Notes: generated by a model not told the origin, from the letters alone. DNA of 64,000 nucleotides from an uncultured Phycisphaerales bacterium (GCA_963755915.1 CAVWLP010000003.1:608001-672000), one strand, 5' to 3'; shown: positions 1 through 10,357, numbered from the stretch's first letter. Numbers and translations are program-made.

Positions 1-568
1 TGGCGCCCGCCTGGGTTTCGACATCGGCATCGCTGGTTGCGTGCGAATTCATTGCCGTCAAAAGACTCTGGATTTGCGGGGTGGGAATGGGGTGTTCCTG
101 AATCGTCGGGGCCTCGGCCTTGCCAAATTTGAGAACCTGATCGGCCGGGAGCTTACCGAATTGGGTGGAGAGGGAGGCGACGGCGTCGCCGGCCGGGGAA
201 AGCGTCGCGGCCACCGCGGATGACTGCTTCATCTGATCGGCCAGGCGCGAGGTCATGTCCTGCAAATCCTTCGGGTCGAAGGGCGTGGGCGGGGTCATGG
301 TGGTGAGGATCTGAAGCGTGCTGTCGTACTGCTGGGCGCGGATGCGCTTGGCCTGGTAGTAGCCCCACTGGTCGGAGACCTTGGACTCCATCTGGGCGGC
401 CAGCGACCGGTAATACTGGGCGTTGCTCATCTCGCTGGAGGACATACCGGCGAGAATCGTCGCGACGACGGTGAGGATTACCGGAGTGGAGAAGACGATT
501 TTATCCCAGAGGGAGCGCTTTTTGCCGGGGTCGGTGAGGGGGGACAGTTGCGAGGAGATTTTGGACAT
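1..568 (-). CDS. DUF4337-like membrane protein (3' end runs off the window)
   Basis: Manual translation from ATG at 568: MSKISSQL...IVFSTPVILTVVATILAGMSSSEMSNAQYYRSLAAQMESKVSDQWGYYQAKRIR. A TM helix plus the DQWxYYQAK motif resembles DUF4337. Not in the ORF track because it is truncated. Confidence 0.6.
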   Translation of the reverse strand, partial: MSKISSQLSPLTDPGKKRSLWDKIVFSTPVILTVVATILAGMSSSEMSNAQYYRSLAAQMESKVSDQWGYYQAKRIRAQQYDSTLQILTTMTPPTPFDPKDLQDMTSRLADQMKQSSAVAATLSPAGDAVASLSTQFGKLPADQVLKFGKAEAPTIQEHPIPTPQIQSLLTAMNSHATSDADVETQAGA

Positions 569-578
569 GTAGGGGGGG

Positions 579-1181
579 TCAGGGAAGTCCGCCGACCCAT
601 TTGCGGAATGCCTTGACGACGGCGTTATTTTTTTCGGTTTCGAAACGCTTTAGAAAGGCATTGAAACTGTCCATGGGAAGAAAGGGAAACAGGCGGCTGG
701 AGTTTTGTTCTCCATATCGACCGTCGGGATCAAGATGCAAAACAGTGAGTCGCTTGCCGTCGTATCGCCAAAGTTCCCGGACACCAAGGGCGGCATAAAT
801 CGGTTGGCGTGAGATTGAGCGGGAGGTGATATCGATTTCAATCGCGAGGTCGGAAGGTGGGATATCCTCGCGCCCTACGTAATAGCACTCATCCGGCTCA
901 AGTCCCGCCTCCTTTTCTCGCGAGTTGAAGGTGATCGAACCACCAGGAACGATATCGATGTCGCGTTCCTGGCACATTCCCTCGATCAACTGGGAGATCC
1001 GTTTTTTCGAATACTCGTGCTCTTCAAGAGGAGCCATGATTTCGATGCTCCCGTTGTGGTAGGTAATGCGAATGGGGCTGTCGCCGACTTCCTTGAGAAG
1101 TCGCTCATAGAAATCCCACGAAATATAATCCAGCACGATGTGCTGCTGATCGACCAAGGAGCTTGGAGCGGCTAACGTCAT
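579..1181 (-). CDS. Uma2 family (PD-(D/E)XK) endonuclease-like protein
   Basis: ISWDFYE...RITYHNGSIEIMAP...GLEPDECYY...PSDLAIEIDIT...YAALGVRELWRYDG motifs. Confidence 0.9.
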   Translation of the reverse strand: MTLAAPSSLVDQQHIVLDYISWDFYERLLKEVGDSPIRITYHNGSIEIMAPLEEHEYSKKRISQLIEGMCQERDIDIVPGGSITFNSREKEAGLEPDECYYVGREDIPPSDLAIEIDITSRSISRQPIYAALGVRELWRYDGKRLTVLHLDPDGRYGEQNSSRLFPFLPMDSFNAFLKRFETEKNNAVVKAFRKWVGGLP

Positions 1182-1211
1182 TACGGTGTATTTTACCCTG
1201 CGACGATACCG

Positions 1212-2369
1212 TTAATCCAGCCAATCTTTGGCCTTCAGCCGCTGCGGGACGTATTCCTCGGTCACGTAGCTGATGTCCTTGGCGATCAGGGATTCCACTT
1301 CCATCTTGAATCCGTTGGAATTCAAGCGGTTGATTTCGCGCTGCCAGTCTTTGTGGTCTTTGAACCAGGGGTAGGCGGCGATTTCGCCGGCGCGTTTTTT
1401 GTCGGTGTCGGTGAGGGCGATCTGCACGCTGTCGGGCAGCTTGCAGTCGGTGTAGTCCTTGGCGCGGATGCCAAGGAATTTGGCGTCGGGGATGGCGAGG
1501 CGTTCGGATTCGAAGGCGAGGCTCATGGAGCCCTGCTTGATCACGCTGTAGATGTAGTGCCCCCAGGGGTCGCAATCGAGCAGGCAATAGATGGGGAGCT
1601 TGAGTTCGTGGTTAAGGCGTTTGAGGAGCCGGCGGACGCCGCGCGGCGGTTGGCCGCTGCCTTCGGTGAGGATGCAATTGTGCTTTTCCCAGAAGCGGTC
1701 TTCGTTGAAGCGTTGCCAGACGGTGTTTTTTTCGACGTGGAGGACGAATTTGGCCTCGCATTTTTTGAATTCGAGCGTGTCCGGCTCGACGATGCTGGGG
1801 ACGGCCTAACCGCCGGAGCCCATGCGGCGGAGGTCGATCTCATCCGATCGGCCAGGCACGCCGTTATCGACGACGGTCAGATTTCCCGCGACGGTGCCGG
1901 CTTTTTTCGCGAAGACGTGAAGCTCTTCGCGCAGGACGCCCAGGGCGACTTCGAGGTCTTCGAGAATCGGGTCCGATTCGTCCTGGGTTTCGAAGGTGTT
2001 CTCCTTGGTACCGGCGACGGTGTGCTTGGCGGCGTAGAACATTCCGCGGAGCGTCAGCGTCTTTTCCCGCTCGATCAGCTCCTTGATGCTGCTGGCGTGC
2101 AGCAGCGTCTGCATGTACTGCCTGGCCTGGTTGAGATTGAAGAGCTGGCGGTCGGCCTTGTTGTCGCCCATTTCCAGGATGCCGCGCTTCTTGTTCCAGA
2201 GGGTGTTGGACTTGGCACGAACCGGGATTTTGAGGGTCGGTTCCCGGCCGGCGAAGGTTTTGGTTGCGACGTCGTCGGCAAGGCCGACGATTTTGGTCAT
2301 TGTCGATTTGTCGCGCTGCTTGATGCGATTCAGAACGCCGGCAGCGGTTTCCGATTTTGATTTGGCCAT
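1212..2369 (-). CDS. top6A: DNA topoisomerase VI subunit A (Spo11-like), interrupted by one in-frame TAG at 1806-1808
   Basis: LRGMFY catalytic Tyr region and TFETQDESD. Read through the TAG, the same frame continues as AVPSIVEPD...VLHVEKNTVWQRFNED...GSGQPPRGVRR...LLDCDPWGHYIY (Toprim DxD) into ORF 1212..1544 (KMEVESL). Adjacent to top6B. Confidence 0.92.
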
Positions 2370-2401
2370 GATTTTTCTCCTGGGTCGGGGCTTAAATTGA
2401 C

Positions 2402-4516
2402 TTAGAATAGCTCCGCATCGTCACTTTTCTTCCGCTTGGATTTTGATTTCTTTGGCGCGGGGCCCTCATCTTTTGGCGGCTCGACAGGTGCGGCGGTGGT
2501 CGCGACGCGGCTTTCGACCATCACCACGCCATCATCCTTCTCCAACTCCTCATCTGCCTTAACGGTGCGGCCCTCCTCGTCGAGCTTGGCGTCGGCTATC
2601 GCGGTACGCCGCTTGGCCTGGGCCTGGAGTGCTTCATAGAGCTTGGTGACGGGCGTCTTGTTGATCTTATTGACGGCCTGGCTGATCTCACCGATGTAGC
2701 GGGCGAAAACATCGCGCCGCTCGGCCTGGCGCTGCATCGTCTGGCGCTTACGGAGATAGGTGCCGAGCTTGCGGCCGCATTCCATCAGGGCGAGCTTCAT
2801 CTCCTTGCGGATTTCGTCATAGTCGGCGATCGCTTCCTTCGATTCGCTGGTGAACGGCACCCACACGCTGGCCATGTGAATCATGATTACCAGTGGGCCG
2901 ACGGGAACGGAGCCGCGCGGCTGGGAAAGGTTGTAATTTCTCCAGCCGGTTTCGGCGACTGCCTTAAAGCTGCTGCATGCGCTCTGCTGAAAGAGCAGCG
3001 GAACGCGGTTTGCGAAGCGAATGACGCGGGCGGTATCGTCCGCCGGAAGCTCGCCACCGAAGGCGATGGCCGCTTCGATCTGGAACGGCCGGCCGCGATA
3101 GACATCCGGCTCGCGGCTGCTGGCGGCGTAAAACTCGGCCTGCACGCCCTTCAGAAGCCCGGTCAGTAGCTGCCGCACGCCGATGGGGGCGAGGCAATCC
3201 GTCGGCGGGGAGGGAAGTTTTGCTTCCTGAAAACTCTGGAAAAGTTTTTCGACCTGGTTAGGCTCGAGATCGGAAACTTTCGTCCGGCTGTGGACGCCGA
3301 TCGACTTGCAGAAGTCGCTCGCCTTGCCAGGGGAGACGCGGGAGAATTTTTCCTGGAGGAAATTATAGAGGGTTCCGCCGCGTTTGTTGGAGTCCTCGTA
3401 ATCCTTCATCATCTGGATGAGGATTCCCAGTTCGATCCCCTTGGGATGGGGTTGGATTTCCTTCGTTTCCGGGGGAAGCTGCTCGGTGCCCCGCGGGAAG
3501 AGAATGACGCCGTCCTTTTCGGTCGTCGCCAGCGTCGGGTCGATGCCGTCCGGCGCGGTCGCGGCAACAGGCTCCGCCGGCGCGGCCGCATCCTTGGCGG
3601 CATTCGTCAGCGGCAGATCTTCCTGGTCGTCGGCGCTGACACGGGTTGGGGGAACGAAGCTGATTCGCGCATGGGGGTTGGCGATCGCGCACAGCTCGAG
3701 GAATTCATCAACGCTGCCGCGGCCTTTCTGGTAGCGGCCTTCCAATTCGATGCTGACGCTGGTGCCGGTTTCGAAATCTTCGGGGTTGAGGAATCCGGGG
3801 TCGCGCGTGCCGGAATTTAAGGTCTTAAATCGCTGCGGTGGGAAATCGGCCTTGTCATCTTCGTGGCTGACCTCGGCCCGGTTGGTCTTGGTGTTCATGG
3901 CCAGCTCGATGTGGTGAGCCGGCTTTTTTGCGTGGGGGCGGGTGTGGATGACCATGGGCTTGCCGGTGGTGATCAGGCCATACATTCCGGCCGCGCTGAT
4001 GCCAATGCCCTGCTGTCCGCGCCACATTTTCAGGCGATGGAACTTGCTGCCGAAGAGGAGCCGGCCGAAAACATTCTCGACCTGCTTGCGGACAATGCCG
4101 GGGCCGTTGTCGATGACGGTGACGCGATAGCGCGATTGCTTCGCGGTGGCGGGCCGATCGGGCTGAAGGTCTTCGATGATGACGGCAACATTTGGAAGGA
4201 TGCCGGCCTCTTCGCAGGCGTCGAGCGAATTGTCGACGGCTTCCTTGACGGTGGTAAGCAGCGCCTTGCGCGGATTGTCGAAGCCCAGCAGATGCCGGTT
4301 CTTGGCGAAGAACTCGCTGACGGCGATGTCCTTCTGCTTGGCGGCCAGCGTATCGGCGGTCTCGCGGCGGGTAGGCTTTGATCGGCGCGAGCCGGCGCCG
4401 TTTTTATCGGAACCTGATTCGGTTTGAGATTTGAAGAGCGTTTCGTTTTCGCGTTCGACGGATTCGTTCTGCTTCGCTTCGCGCAAATCCTGCATGCGGT
4501 GGGTCCTCCGTGCCAT
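2402..4516 (-). CDS. top6B: DNA topoisomerase VI subunit B
   Basis: SEFFAKNRHLLGFDN, KEAVDNSLDACEE, DNGPGI, RGQQGIGISAA (GHKL ATPase), RFANRVPLL, VPFTSESKEAIA. Confidence 0.97.
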   Translation of the reverse strand: MARRTHRMQDLREAKQNESVERENETLFKSQTESGSDKNGAGSRRSKPTRRETADTLAAKQKDIAVSEFFAKNRHLLGFDNPRKALLTTVKEAVDNSLDACEEAGILPNVAVIIEDLQPDRPATAKQSRYRVTVIDNGPGIVRKQVENVFGRLLFGSKFHRLKMWRGQQGIGISAAGMYGLITTGKPMVIHTRPHAKKPAHHIELAMNTKTNRAEVSHEDDKADFPPQRFKTLNSGTRDPGFLNPEDFETGTSVSIELEGRYQKGRGSVDEFLELCAIANPHARISFVPPTRVSADDQEDLPLTNAAKDAAAPAEPVAATAPDGIDPTLATTEKDGVILFPRGTEQLPPETKEIQPHPKGIELGILIQMMKDYEDSNKRGGTLYNFLQEKFSRVSPGKASDFCKSIGVHSRTKVSDLEPNQVEKLFQSFQEAKLPSPPTDCLAPIGVRQLLTGLLKGVQAEFYAASSREPDVYRGRPFQIEAAIAFGGELPADDTARVIRFANRVPLLFQQSACSSFKAVAETGWRNYNLSQPRGSVPVGPLVIMIHMASVWVPFTSESKEAIADYDEIRKEMKLALMECGRKLGTYLRKRQTMQRQAERRDVFARYIGEISQAVNKINKTPVTKLYEALQAQAKRRTAIADAKLDEEGRTVKADEELEKDDGVVMVESRVATTAAPVEPPKDEGPAPKKSKSKRKKSDDAELF

Positions 4517-4755
4517 GTGTGTGGTTGCCGATTCTACCGGAAAGTTATCGGCAGTCGTGAACGGGAATCTTCAGCCCAGTCGTTAGGGGATTGTATGGGA
4601 TTGGTAATTTGTTTTCCAGACAGTGGAAGGGCTCCTGAGTGTTACGGCGGAGAAGGGCGCGATTTCCGCGGAATTTCCTACTTTCCAACTCCCAGTTTAT
4701 CTCAGTTTTTCCCAAATTGCGGTCGTGCGCCGCGAGAGAGTGGAGCAGTGGAGAG

Positions 4756-4807
4756 AGGCCCTCACCCCGGCCCTCTCCCGGAATACCGGGCGAGGGGGTA
4801 AGAGGGG
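4756..4807 (+). repeat. BoxC-like palindromic repeat (family A), intergenic copy
   Basis: AGGCCCTCACCCCGGCCCTCTCCCGGAATACCGGGCGAGGGGG; 38/43 identical to the copy at 20006-20048. Confidence 0.85.
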
Positions 4808-5117
4808 AGTGCCGGGCGACGGGTGAGAAGGGACATGCGATCGCCCTGGTCGATTCCCCACAATTCCCCAAAATTCCCCAATTTTCGGATAGGGGGAGAT
4901 GGGGATTTGAAATTTGAGATTTCAGATGAGTGGACATAGACACTCCGGCGGACAAAACATTACGCCTCTATATACAGGTCCGGAGGTGCACGTTTTGTAC
5001 CTATTTTTGCAAAAATCCGGGAGTTTTTTTTATGCGATCGATTGGAATGCAAAGAATCTGACAGGGGGCAATGGATGGGGTGTTAAAAGAATTCGGCCGC
5101 TCAGATGGGGACGGAAG

Positions 5118-6071
5118 TTATTTCGTCAGATCCGCAAGCAGAGCCGCGAGGCGATACCCCGCGAGAGCGATCCGTTCATCCGCTGCTGCGAGAGCTTTCT
5201 GGGCGTAGCCATCTGGAAGTGCCGGCACGGAATGCGGATCGGAAATCGCCTGGTCCTTCGCGGCATGGGGAAGAGTTCCGTTTTGATAGGCAACGGATTG
5301 CGCGATCGCGTGGCTCTCCATGGCCCAGTCGATAAGCGAAAGATCGGCAATCTGATTCTTTAGCTGCGAGGCGGGATGCGCCGACTCGATCCGATCGGCA
5401 GCCTTGCGTACTTCATCCGGCGTAAGGAAAAGTCCCTCAACATCATCCCAATAGGCGTGCAGCGCGATCGGAACCTTCTGGGCATCGAGAACCATTTCCA
5501 GATTTCCCCCCTGGTCACCCTGCGGATATTCCTTCGAGAAAAGAGACGTGGAATGCAGCGGCTGGTGAATGTCGCCGACGAGGTGCTCGATCCAGCAGAG
5601 ATCAATCGCGCGGCGCGAGGGGGGAGTATGGGGATCCTTGAATTGCGCGGTGATCTTGTCCATCGCCTGAAGAAGATTGGCGGGATCGGAATGCCCGTCC
5701 CAAGCGATGACCGGCTGTGGCCCGTTCACGCCGTCCAGATCGTAGGGGAAATCGACGAAGTGCCAGTGGGGATGATTTTCCGTGCGATTAAGCGGATGCA
5801 CCGGATAGCGCACCATGTCCGGCCAGGTGGCGGCGCGGAGGAACATCGCCAGGTTGGTGTCGGCGGGGCGCTGCTCATCGTGCAGGAGGTCCTGCTTCAG
5901 GCGGGGGTGATTTTCTAAAATCGCTCCGATGGCCGATCGATTGGCCGGGGAAAGCTGGTCGTAGGCGATCTGGGCAATGATTTCATGCCCGGTGCTGTTC
6001 CAGGCGAAGCAGGGAACGGCAAAAAAGGTCGAAATTAAGGCAGCAAAGAGGCTGCGCAGGGGATGGGTCAC
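5118..6071 (-). CDS. S1/P1 nuclease, secreted
   Basis: Signal peptide then WNSTGH, ATWPD, HWHFVD, HLVGDIHQPLH, DQGGN, LHAYWD, AGYRLA. GTG start at 6071 chosen; the upstream extension is a shadow of the opposite-strand gene. Confidence 0.92.
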   Translation of the reverse strand: MTHPLRSLFAALISTFFAVPCFAWNSTGHEIIAQIAYDQLSPANRSAIGAILENHPRLKQDLLHDEQRPADTNLAMFLRAATWPDMVRYPVHPLNRTENHPHWHFVDFPYDLDGVNGPQPVIAWDGHSDPANLLQAMDKITAQFKDPHTPPSRRAIDLCWIEHLVGDIHQPLHSTSLFSKEYPQGDQGGNLEMVLDAQKVPIALHAYWDDVEGLFLTPDEVRKAADRIESAHPASQLKNQIADLSLIDWAMESHAIAQSVAYQNGTLPHAAKDQAISDPHSVPALPDGYAQKALAAADERIALAGYRLAALLADLTK

Positions 6072-6138
6072 GCTTAAGAATTGTATTGGCCCAACGCCGC
6101 GGGACAATTGATCGCCGATACATAAAATAAGAGATTCG

Positions 6139-7209
6139 ATGACCACAGCCGTAAACAGGCGCGACCCGACGATCTTGCTGGCGCTATTGGTAGCGCTGGG
6201 GGCGCATCTCGCGCTGCTGGGCTTGGGCGTGCGGCAGGCGCGGCGGGATTTGGGGTGGTGGCTGAAATCGCCGCCGCAGGTCGCGGTGCGGGCTCCGACG
6301 CCGGCGCCGGACGATCCGATGCAGCGGCTGGGGGACCACAATACAACCGGCGAGTCGATCAACAGCTCGCCCGGCGACCATCCGCTGGAATCGACGTACA
6401 CCGATCTGCGCCAGGAACAGGCCGCCATGCAGCAGGACCCGGCTGGATTCGGCGGCAAGGGATCCAACGAACCGGTCCAGCAAACGCTTCGGGGAGACAA
6501 CGGCGACAACAGCGTTCGCGCAACCAACAACGGTCAGCAATCCGCCGCCGCGGTGTTTGGCTCGCGGGAATCGAGCGAGGCCGACTCTTCGCCGCGCGTC
6601 GCAGTGGCGACCCCGAGCAAGACAAAGAACGACAGCCAGACGCCCGGCAAAGCCAGCGATGTCGATCCCCTTTCCAGCGGCCCGCTGGCGGTGGCGAATA
6701 TCCCCAAGTCGATCACGCCCTCGCCGCAGCAGACGCAGCAGAACCAGCAGTCGTCCGACACGCAGGCCGGATCGGCGCAGAGCGGCGCATCCTCCACCAC
6801 CGGCGGCGGCGCCGGTGGGCGCGCCGGATCGCCCGATTCAGGGGCGGGTCTGCCGATTCCCTCCAGCGATTTCGAATCGTTTCCGGTGACAAAGATTTCC
6901 AGCCGGCTCGAGGCCGGCGAGATCAAGGCCTGGACCGGGCGGCGGCACAAGATTCGCGACCTCGACCGTGACCTGGGATTGGCCGGCTATGCCGACCTCC
7001 AGACAATGGAGAACGCCTACCTGGTTCTGATCCTGACGATCGACCCCAGCGGCAACGTGATCGATGTAAAGATCAAGCATTCCAGCGGCAGCGACAACGT
7101 CGATCTCCCCTGCCAGCGGGCGGCGTATTCGTGGTGGTTTGAGCCGCTGAAGGACCCCAAGACCGGCCTGACGCGACGGGAAGAGATGGAGTTTACGATT
7201 TATTTTTAA
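6139..7209 (+). CDS. TonB-like protein (TM helix, low-complexity linker, TonB C-terminal domain)
   Basis: N-terminal hydrophobic helix containing His; C-terminal LTIDPSGNVIDVKIKHSSGSDNVD...AAYSWWFEP. Confidence 0.75.
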   Translation: MTTAVNRRDPTILLALLVALGAHLALLGLGVRQARRDLGWWLKSPPQVAVRAPTPAPDDPMQRLGDHNTTGESINSSPGDHPLESTYTDLRQEQAAMQQDPAGFGGKGSNEPVQQTLRGDNGDNSVRATNNGQQSAAAVFGSRESSEADSSPRVAVATPSKTKNDSQTPGKASDVDPLSSGPLAVANIPKSITPSPQQTQQNQQSSDTQAGSAQSGASSTTGGGAGGRAGSPDSGAGLPIPSSDFESFPVTKISSRLEAGEIKAWTGRRHKIRDLDRDLGLAGYADLQTMENAYLVLILTIDPSGNVIDVKIKHSSGSDNVDLPCQRAAYSWWFEPLKDPKTGLTRREEMEFTIYF

Positions 7210-7260
7210 TCCGCACCTCTCTCCGCAGTTAAATTTCCGCTTTTGATGGAAAGCCAGTGA

Positions 7261-8475
7261 ATGCCTCGCCGACTTCTGCTGCTCCTCAGCGAAAATCCAC
7301 TCGATCCCGCCAACGGCGCGGCGCGAAGCGTTGATTCAATCTGCCGCCTCCTGGCGCACGATGGTGGGTACGACGTTGAAGCCCTCGGCACAACCGCCAC
7401 CGAACTCGCCGACGCCGGCGCGATGGGCAAGCAGAAGATCACCCTCCTGAGCGGAATGGGCCTCGAAGTTCAGCGGCAAACCGTCAACGATGCGTCGATC
7501 CTCAAATTCGAGCGTGACAGGGTTCGATACGCTCTTCTCGACACCGGATCGATCCGCCTCGATCAACCTCACTCGATCCACGGCCCGCGGTTTGACGCGA
7601 TCTACCGGCGTGCGCTCGACCGATTCAAGCCTGATGTCGTCCTCACCTTTGGCGCGATGCCGGTGGAAGTCGAGCGCCATCGCGAGGCCCGCCGGCGAGG
7701 GATTGCTGTCGTGCTTTCCATTCACCAGCACGCTTACTACAGGCGCGGCGCGTTTAAGACCGCCGATGCCGTGCATACGTGCAGCGAGTTTCTGCGGAAA
7801 TGTTACCTCGACCGGATCGGGATCGATTCGGTGGCGCTGAGCGGCCCGATCATGCCTGAAGACGTGGTGGCGCCCAATCACGATCCGGTCTTCGCGACGT
7901 TCGTCAATCCATCCTATGAGAAAGGCGTGATGTTCATGGCCCGCCTGGCCGAGGAATTGGCCACGCGCCGGCCGGACATTCCGATGCTGGTGATCGAAAC
8001 GCGTTTCAACGCCGGGACGTTGATCGCGGCGGGAGACGCCGGGGGATTTGATCTGCGCCGGCATGAAAGCCTGATGGCGGCGCCGGCGGTGCAGTCGCCG
8101 CGGGATGTTTTTGCGTCAATGCGCCTGCTGCTGGCGCCATCGTTGTGGGAGGAGCCGTGGGGCCGTGTGGCGGCGGAGGCGCTGATGAACGGAATTCCGC
8201 CGATGGTTTCGGATCGGGGCGGACTGTCTGAGGCGTGCAATGGCGGGGGGTATGTCTTTGCCATTCCACCGGAGATCACGCCGGACATCTCTTTACCCCC
8301 GCCGGCTAAACTGGTGATGCCGTGGATCGAGGTGATTGAGAAGCTCTGCGACGATGAATCGGATTATGCAGAGGCGCGGCACAAGGCGCTTGTAGCTGCG
8401 ATGATCTATCAGCCAACAGCGGTCTTGCCCCGGTTCTTGCAGTTTTTCGATTCTGTGCGGTGCAAGGCGAAATGA
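7261..8475 (+). CDS. Glycosyltransferase family 4
   Basis: FKPDVV, VNPSYEKG, PSLWEEPWGRVAAEALMNGIPPMVSDRGGLSE (EX7E motif). Confidence 0.9.
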   Translation: MPRRLLLLLSENPLDPANGAARSVDSICRLLAHDGGYDVEALGTTATELADAGAMGKQKITLLSGMGLEVQRQTVNDASILKFERDRVRYALLDTGSIRLDQPHSIHGPRFDAIYRRALDRFKPDVVLTFGAMPVEVERHREARRRGIAVVLSIHQHAYYRRGAFKTADAVHTCSEFLRKCYLDRIGIDSVALSGPIMPEDVVAPNHDPVFATFVNPSYEKGVMFMARLAEELATRRPDIPMLVIETRFNAGTLIAAGDAGGFDLRRHESLMAAPAVQSPRDVFASMRLLLAPSLWEEPWGRVAAEALMNGIPPMVSDRGGLSEACNGGGYVFAIPPEITPDISLPPPAKLVMPWIEVIEKLCDDESDYAEARHKALVAAMIYQPTAVLPRFLQFFDSVRCKAK

Positions 8476-8543
8476 GGCTGGCCATCGAGTTTTCAGGAAA
8501 AGCGGGAATCGCAAAATACAACAATTCGCTTTAGATTTATTGT

Positions 8544-8572
8544 TTGACAGGATATAGCAATCTTATTACAAA
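8544..8572 (+). promoter_or_regulatory. Sigma70-like promoter
   Basis: TTGACA-N17-TACAAA in an AT-rich tract upstream of ATG 8600. Confidence 0.5.
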
Positions 8573-8599
8573 TACGCTGCCACATCGGGAGACGGGAGA

Positions 8600-9407
8600 A
8601 TGGAAATACGGAAGAGCTTGCTGGAGCGTGCAAAAGAGCTTGTCACGCCGGGACGTGCGGCCGTGCTGGCGATCGTACCTCTTGCCACGGTAGCCGCCCG
8701 ATCAGCCCGGGCGTCACCGGCGATCACATTTACACTTAGCAACGCAAGCATCAATGGGGTAAGCGTTGGTAATTTCAATAATTCCAACAACTCGGATGGC
8801 TCCATCACCACGTCCAGTTCTTCATCGATTTCCGAAAGTAGCGCTTTTTCAGGAAGCGGTGGAGGATTCAGCGGGGGCGGGTCCAGCGGAGGCGGGTCCA
8901 GCGGCGGCAGCGCCGCCCTCCGCAGTTCTTCTCCAGCCGCTTGCTTTAATCAAGTTTGGACCGGACACCAATTCGGGCGGGACGGTTACTCTCGATTTGA
9001 ACGGATCGGAAACGGTTAATGGCCCGGTTGGCGACTCGGACGTCGTCTTTGCCCTGATGTCGATCCAGGCGCAATCTTCCAGCAGTACGCCGATCACTTA
9101 CGAGGGGGCAATGCTCACCGGAGACTATGGTGAGGTCGACGACTTTGCGTCGCCACCATCGGCGATGGGAACATCGATTGGCGTTTCCGATTTGCTGAGC
9201 CTTCCGGCAGAAGATTTTCAAAGTTACTGGGACCTGCAGATGTCGTTCTATTGGCCCGATTCGAATCCGGACGACACGATCTCAATCTCGCTACCGGTGA
9301 CGTTGGGCGAGGATATCCCCGTCCCTGAGCCGGCTAGCGCCGCGGGACTGCTGGCGATTTCGGCCCCGGCCCTGCTGCGAAGGCGAAGACGCCGCGCTGA
9401 GGGATGA
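8600..9407 (+). CDS. PEP-CTERM surface protein with Ser/Gly-rich linker (frameshift near 8915)
   Basis: ORF 8600 gives a signal peptide and SGGG repeats; ORF 8766 ends VPEPASAAGLLAISAPALLRRRRRR. Confidence 0.8.
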
Positions 9408-9435
9408 TTCTCAACGGGTGATTCTCAATGGGCGA

Positions 9436-10357
9436 TCATGGCAGCAGGCGAGGCTTTCCAGCGCGCCTGGGTGGGCTCTTTTTTGGGGCTGGGAATAGTT
9501 CTTCAATCATCCGATAGTGATCCGGAAAGTGCTGCTGCGCTTGCCGGGAGATTTGTTTTCCCAGTTCCTCGGTGTGCAAACCTGCGGCGTGGTTGAATTG
9601 AATCGCTCTGGCCTTGCGCTCAAGCGAAATCATGTCAGAAAAGTCGGTGTTCTCAAAAAGCGGGGTCAGCTTCACGCCCTGCTCGGCGCCGAGCACCAGA
9701 GCGCCTGCTGCTCGACAACGCAATTGACAAATCTGTTAAGAGCCATTTCTGACCAGATGGGGCGGTTTTGGGGGCAGGTCACAAGCTGGATGACATCCGC
9801 CACGTAGCGTCCAATCGCGCCAAGATTTCGCCCGCCAAAAATTCCGCAATTGGCCGCGGACCGCTCGCTCATGAAGTTCCAGAAACGCGGCAGCCAGGGC
9901 AATCGCCGCTCGATGATGGATCGATTTTCATCGTAAGCTTGTGAGAACCCCCCAAAGGCTGGAGCCTGCTCGAAACATTGGCAGACAATTTCCGCCTGCT
10001 CGTAACGCTCCGGAAGTTTCCCGCCCAGAAAAACGTCCCCGTCGATATGAAAAAAAGGCTCCTTCTGCACCCCGTGAGCAACCACTTTGCCAAAGGCCCA
10101 CAGATAAGGCGGCGCATCGAGATTCTCCAGCACATCCGCCCGCACGGAAGTAAACGGCAGCTTCAGCTTATCGACGAGCCAGCGAGCGCCTTCGGCATCG
10201 GTAACCAGCTCAACATTGCCGTAATGCTTAAAAGCCCAGCCGGTGGAAAGCGCCCAGGAGTGCCAGAAGAACCGCGCCTGCGGCCAGCCGCCGGTATGAT
10301 TTTGCCATCCCCCGGATTTCTGCGCGGCGCGCTCCAGAGCGACTGGACGATCTTCAT
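9436..10357 (-). CDS. DUF6734-like protein (multiple frameshifts)
   Basis: MKIVQSLWS N-terminus; LWAFGKVVAHGVQKEPFFHIDGDVFL; VVEQQAL; spread over ORFs 10163, 9672 and 9436. Confidence 0.65.

Noticed and set aside
1806-1808. Amber recoding (pyrrolysine or stop reassignment)
   Set aside because: Only one case; TAG is a normal stop in other genes here (for example flagellin 1 and the YkgJ gene); no pyl genes are seen; other probable substitution errors exist (Top6B KMWRGQQG).
579-4516. Uma2 plus Topo VI as a defence system
   Set aside because: Uma2 has its own -10/ATG start, and such genes are commonly scattered in these genomes; adjacency alone is not evidence.
7246-7260. In-frame mini-ORF MESQ* directly before GT4
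   Set aside because: Too short to assess; it may be a base-call error in a slightly longer N-terminus.
9404-9435. GATTCTCAAYGGGY two-unit direct repeat between convergent genes
   Set aside because: Only two units and no other copies seen; no supportable function.
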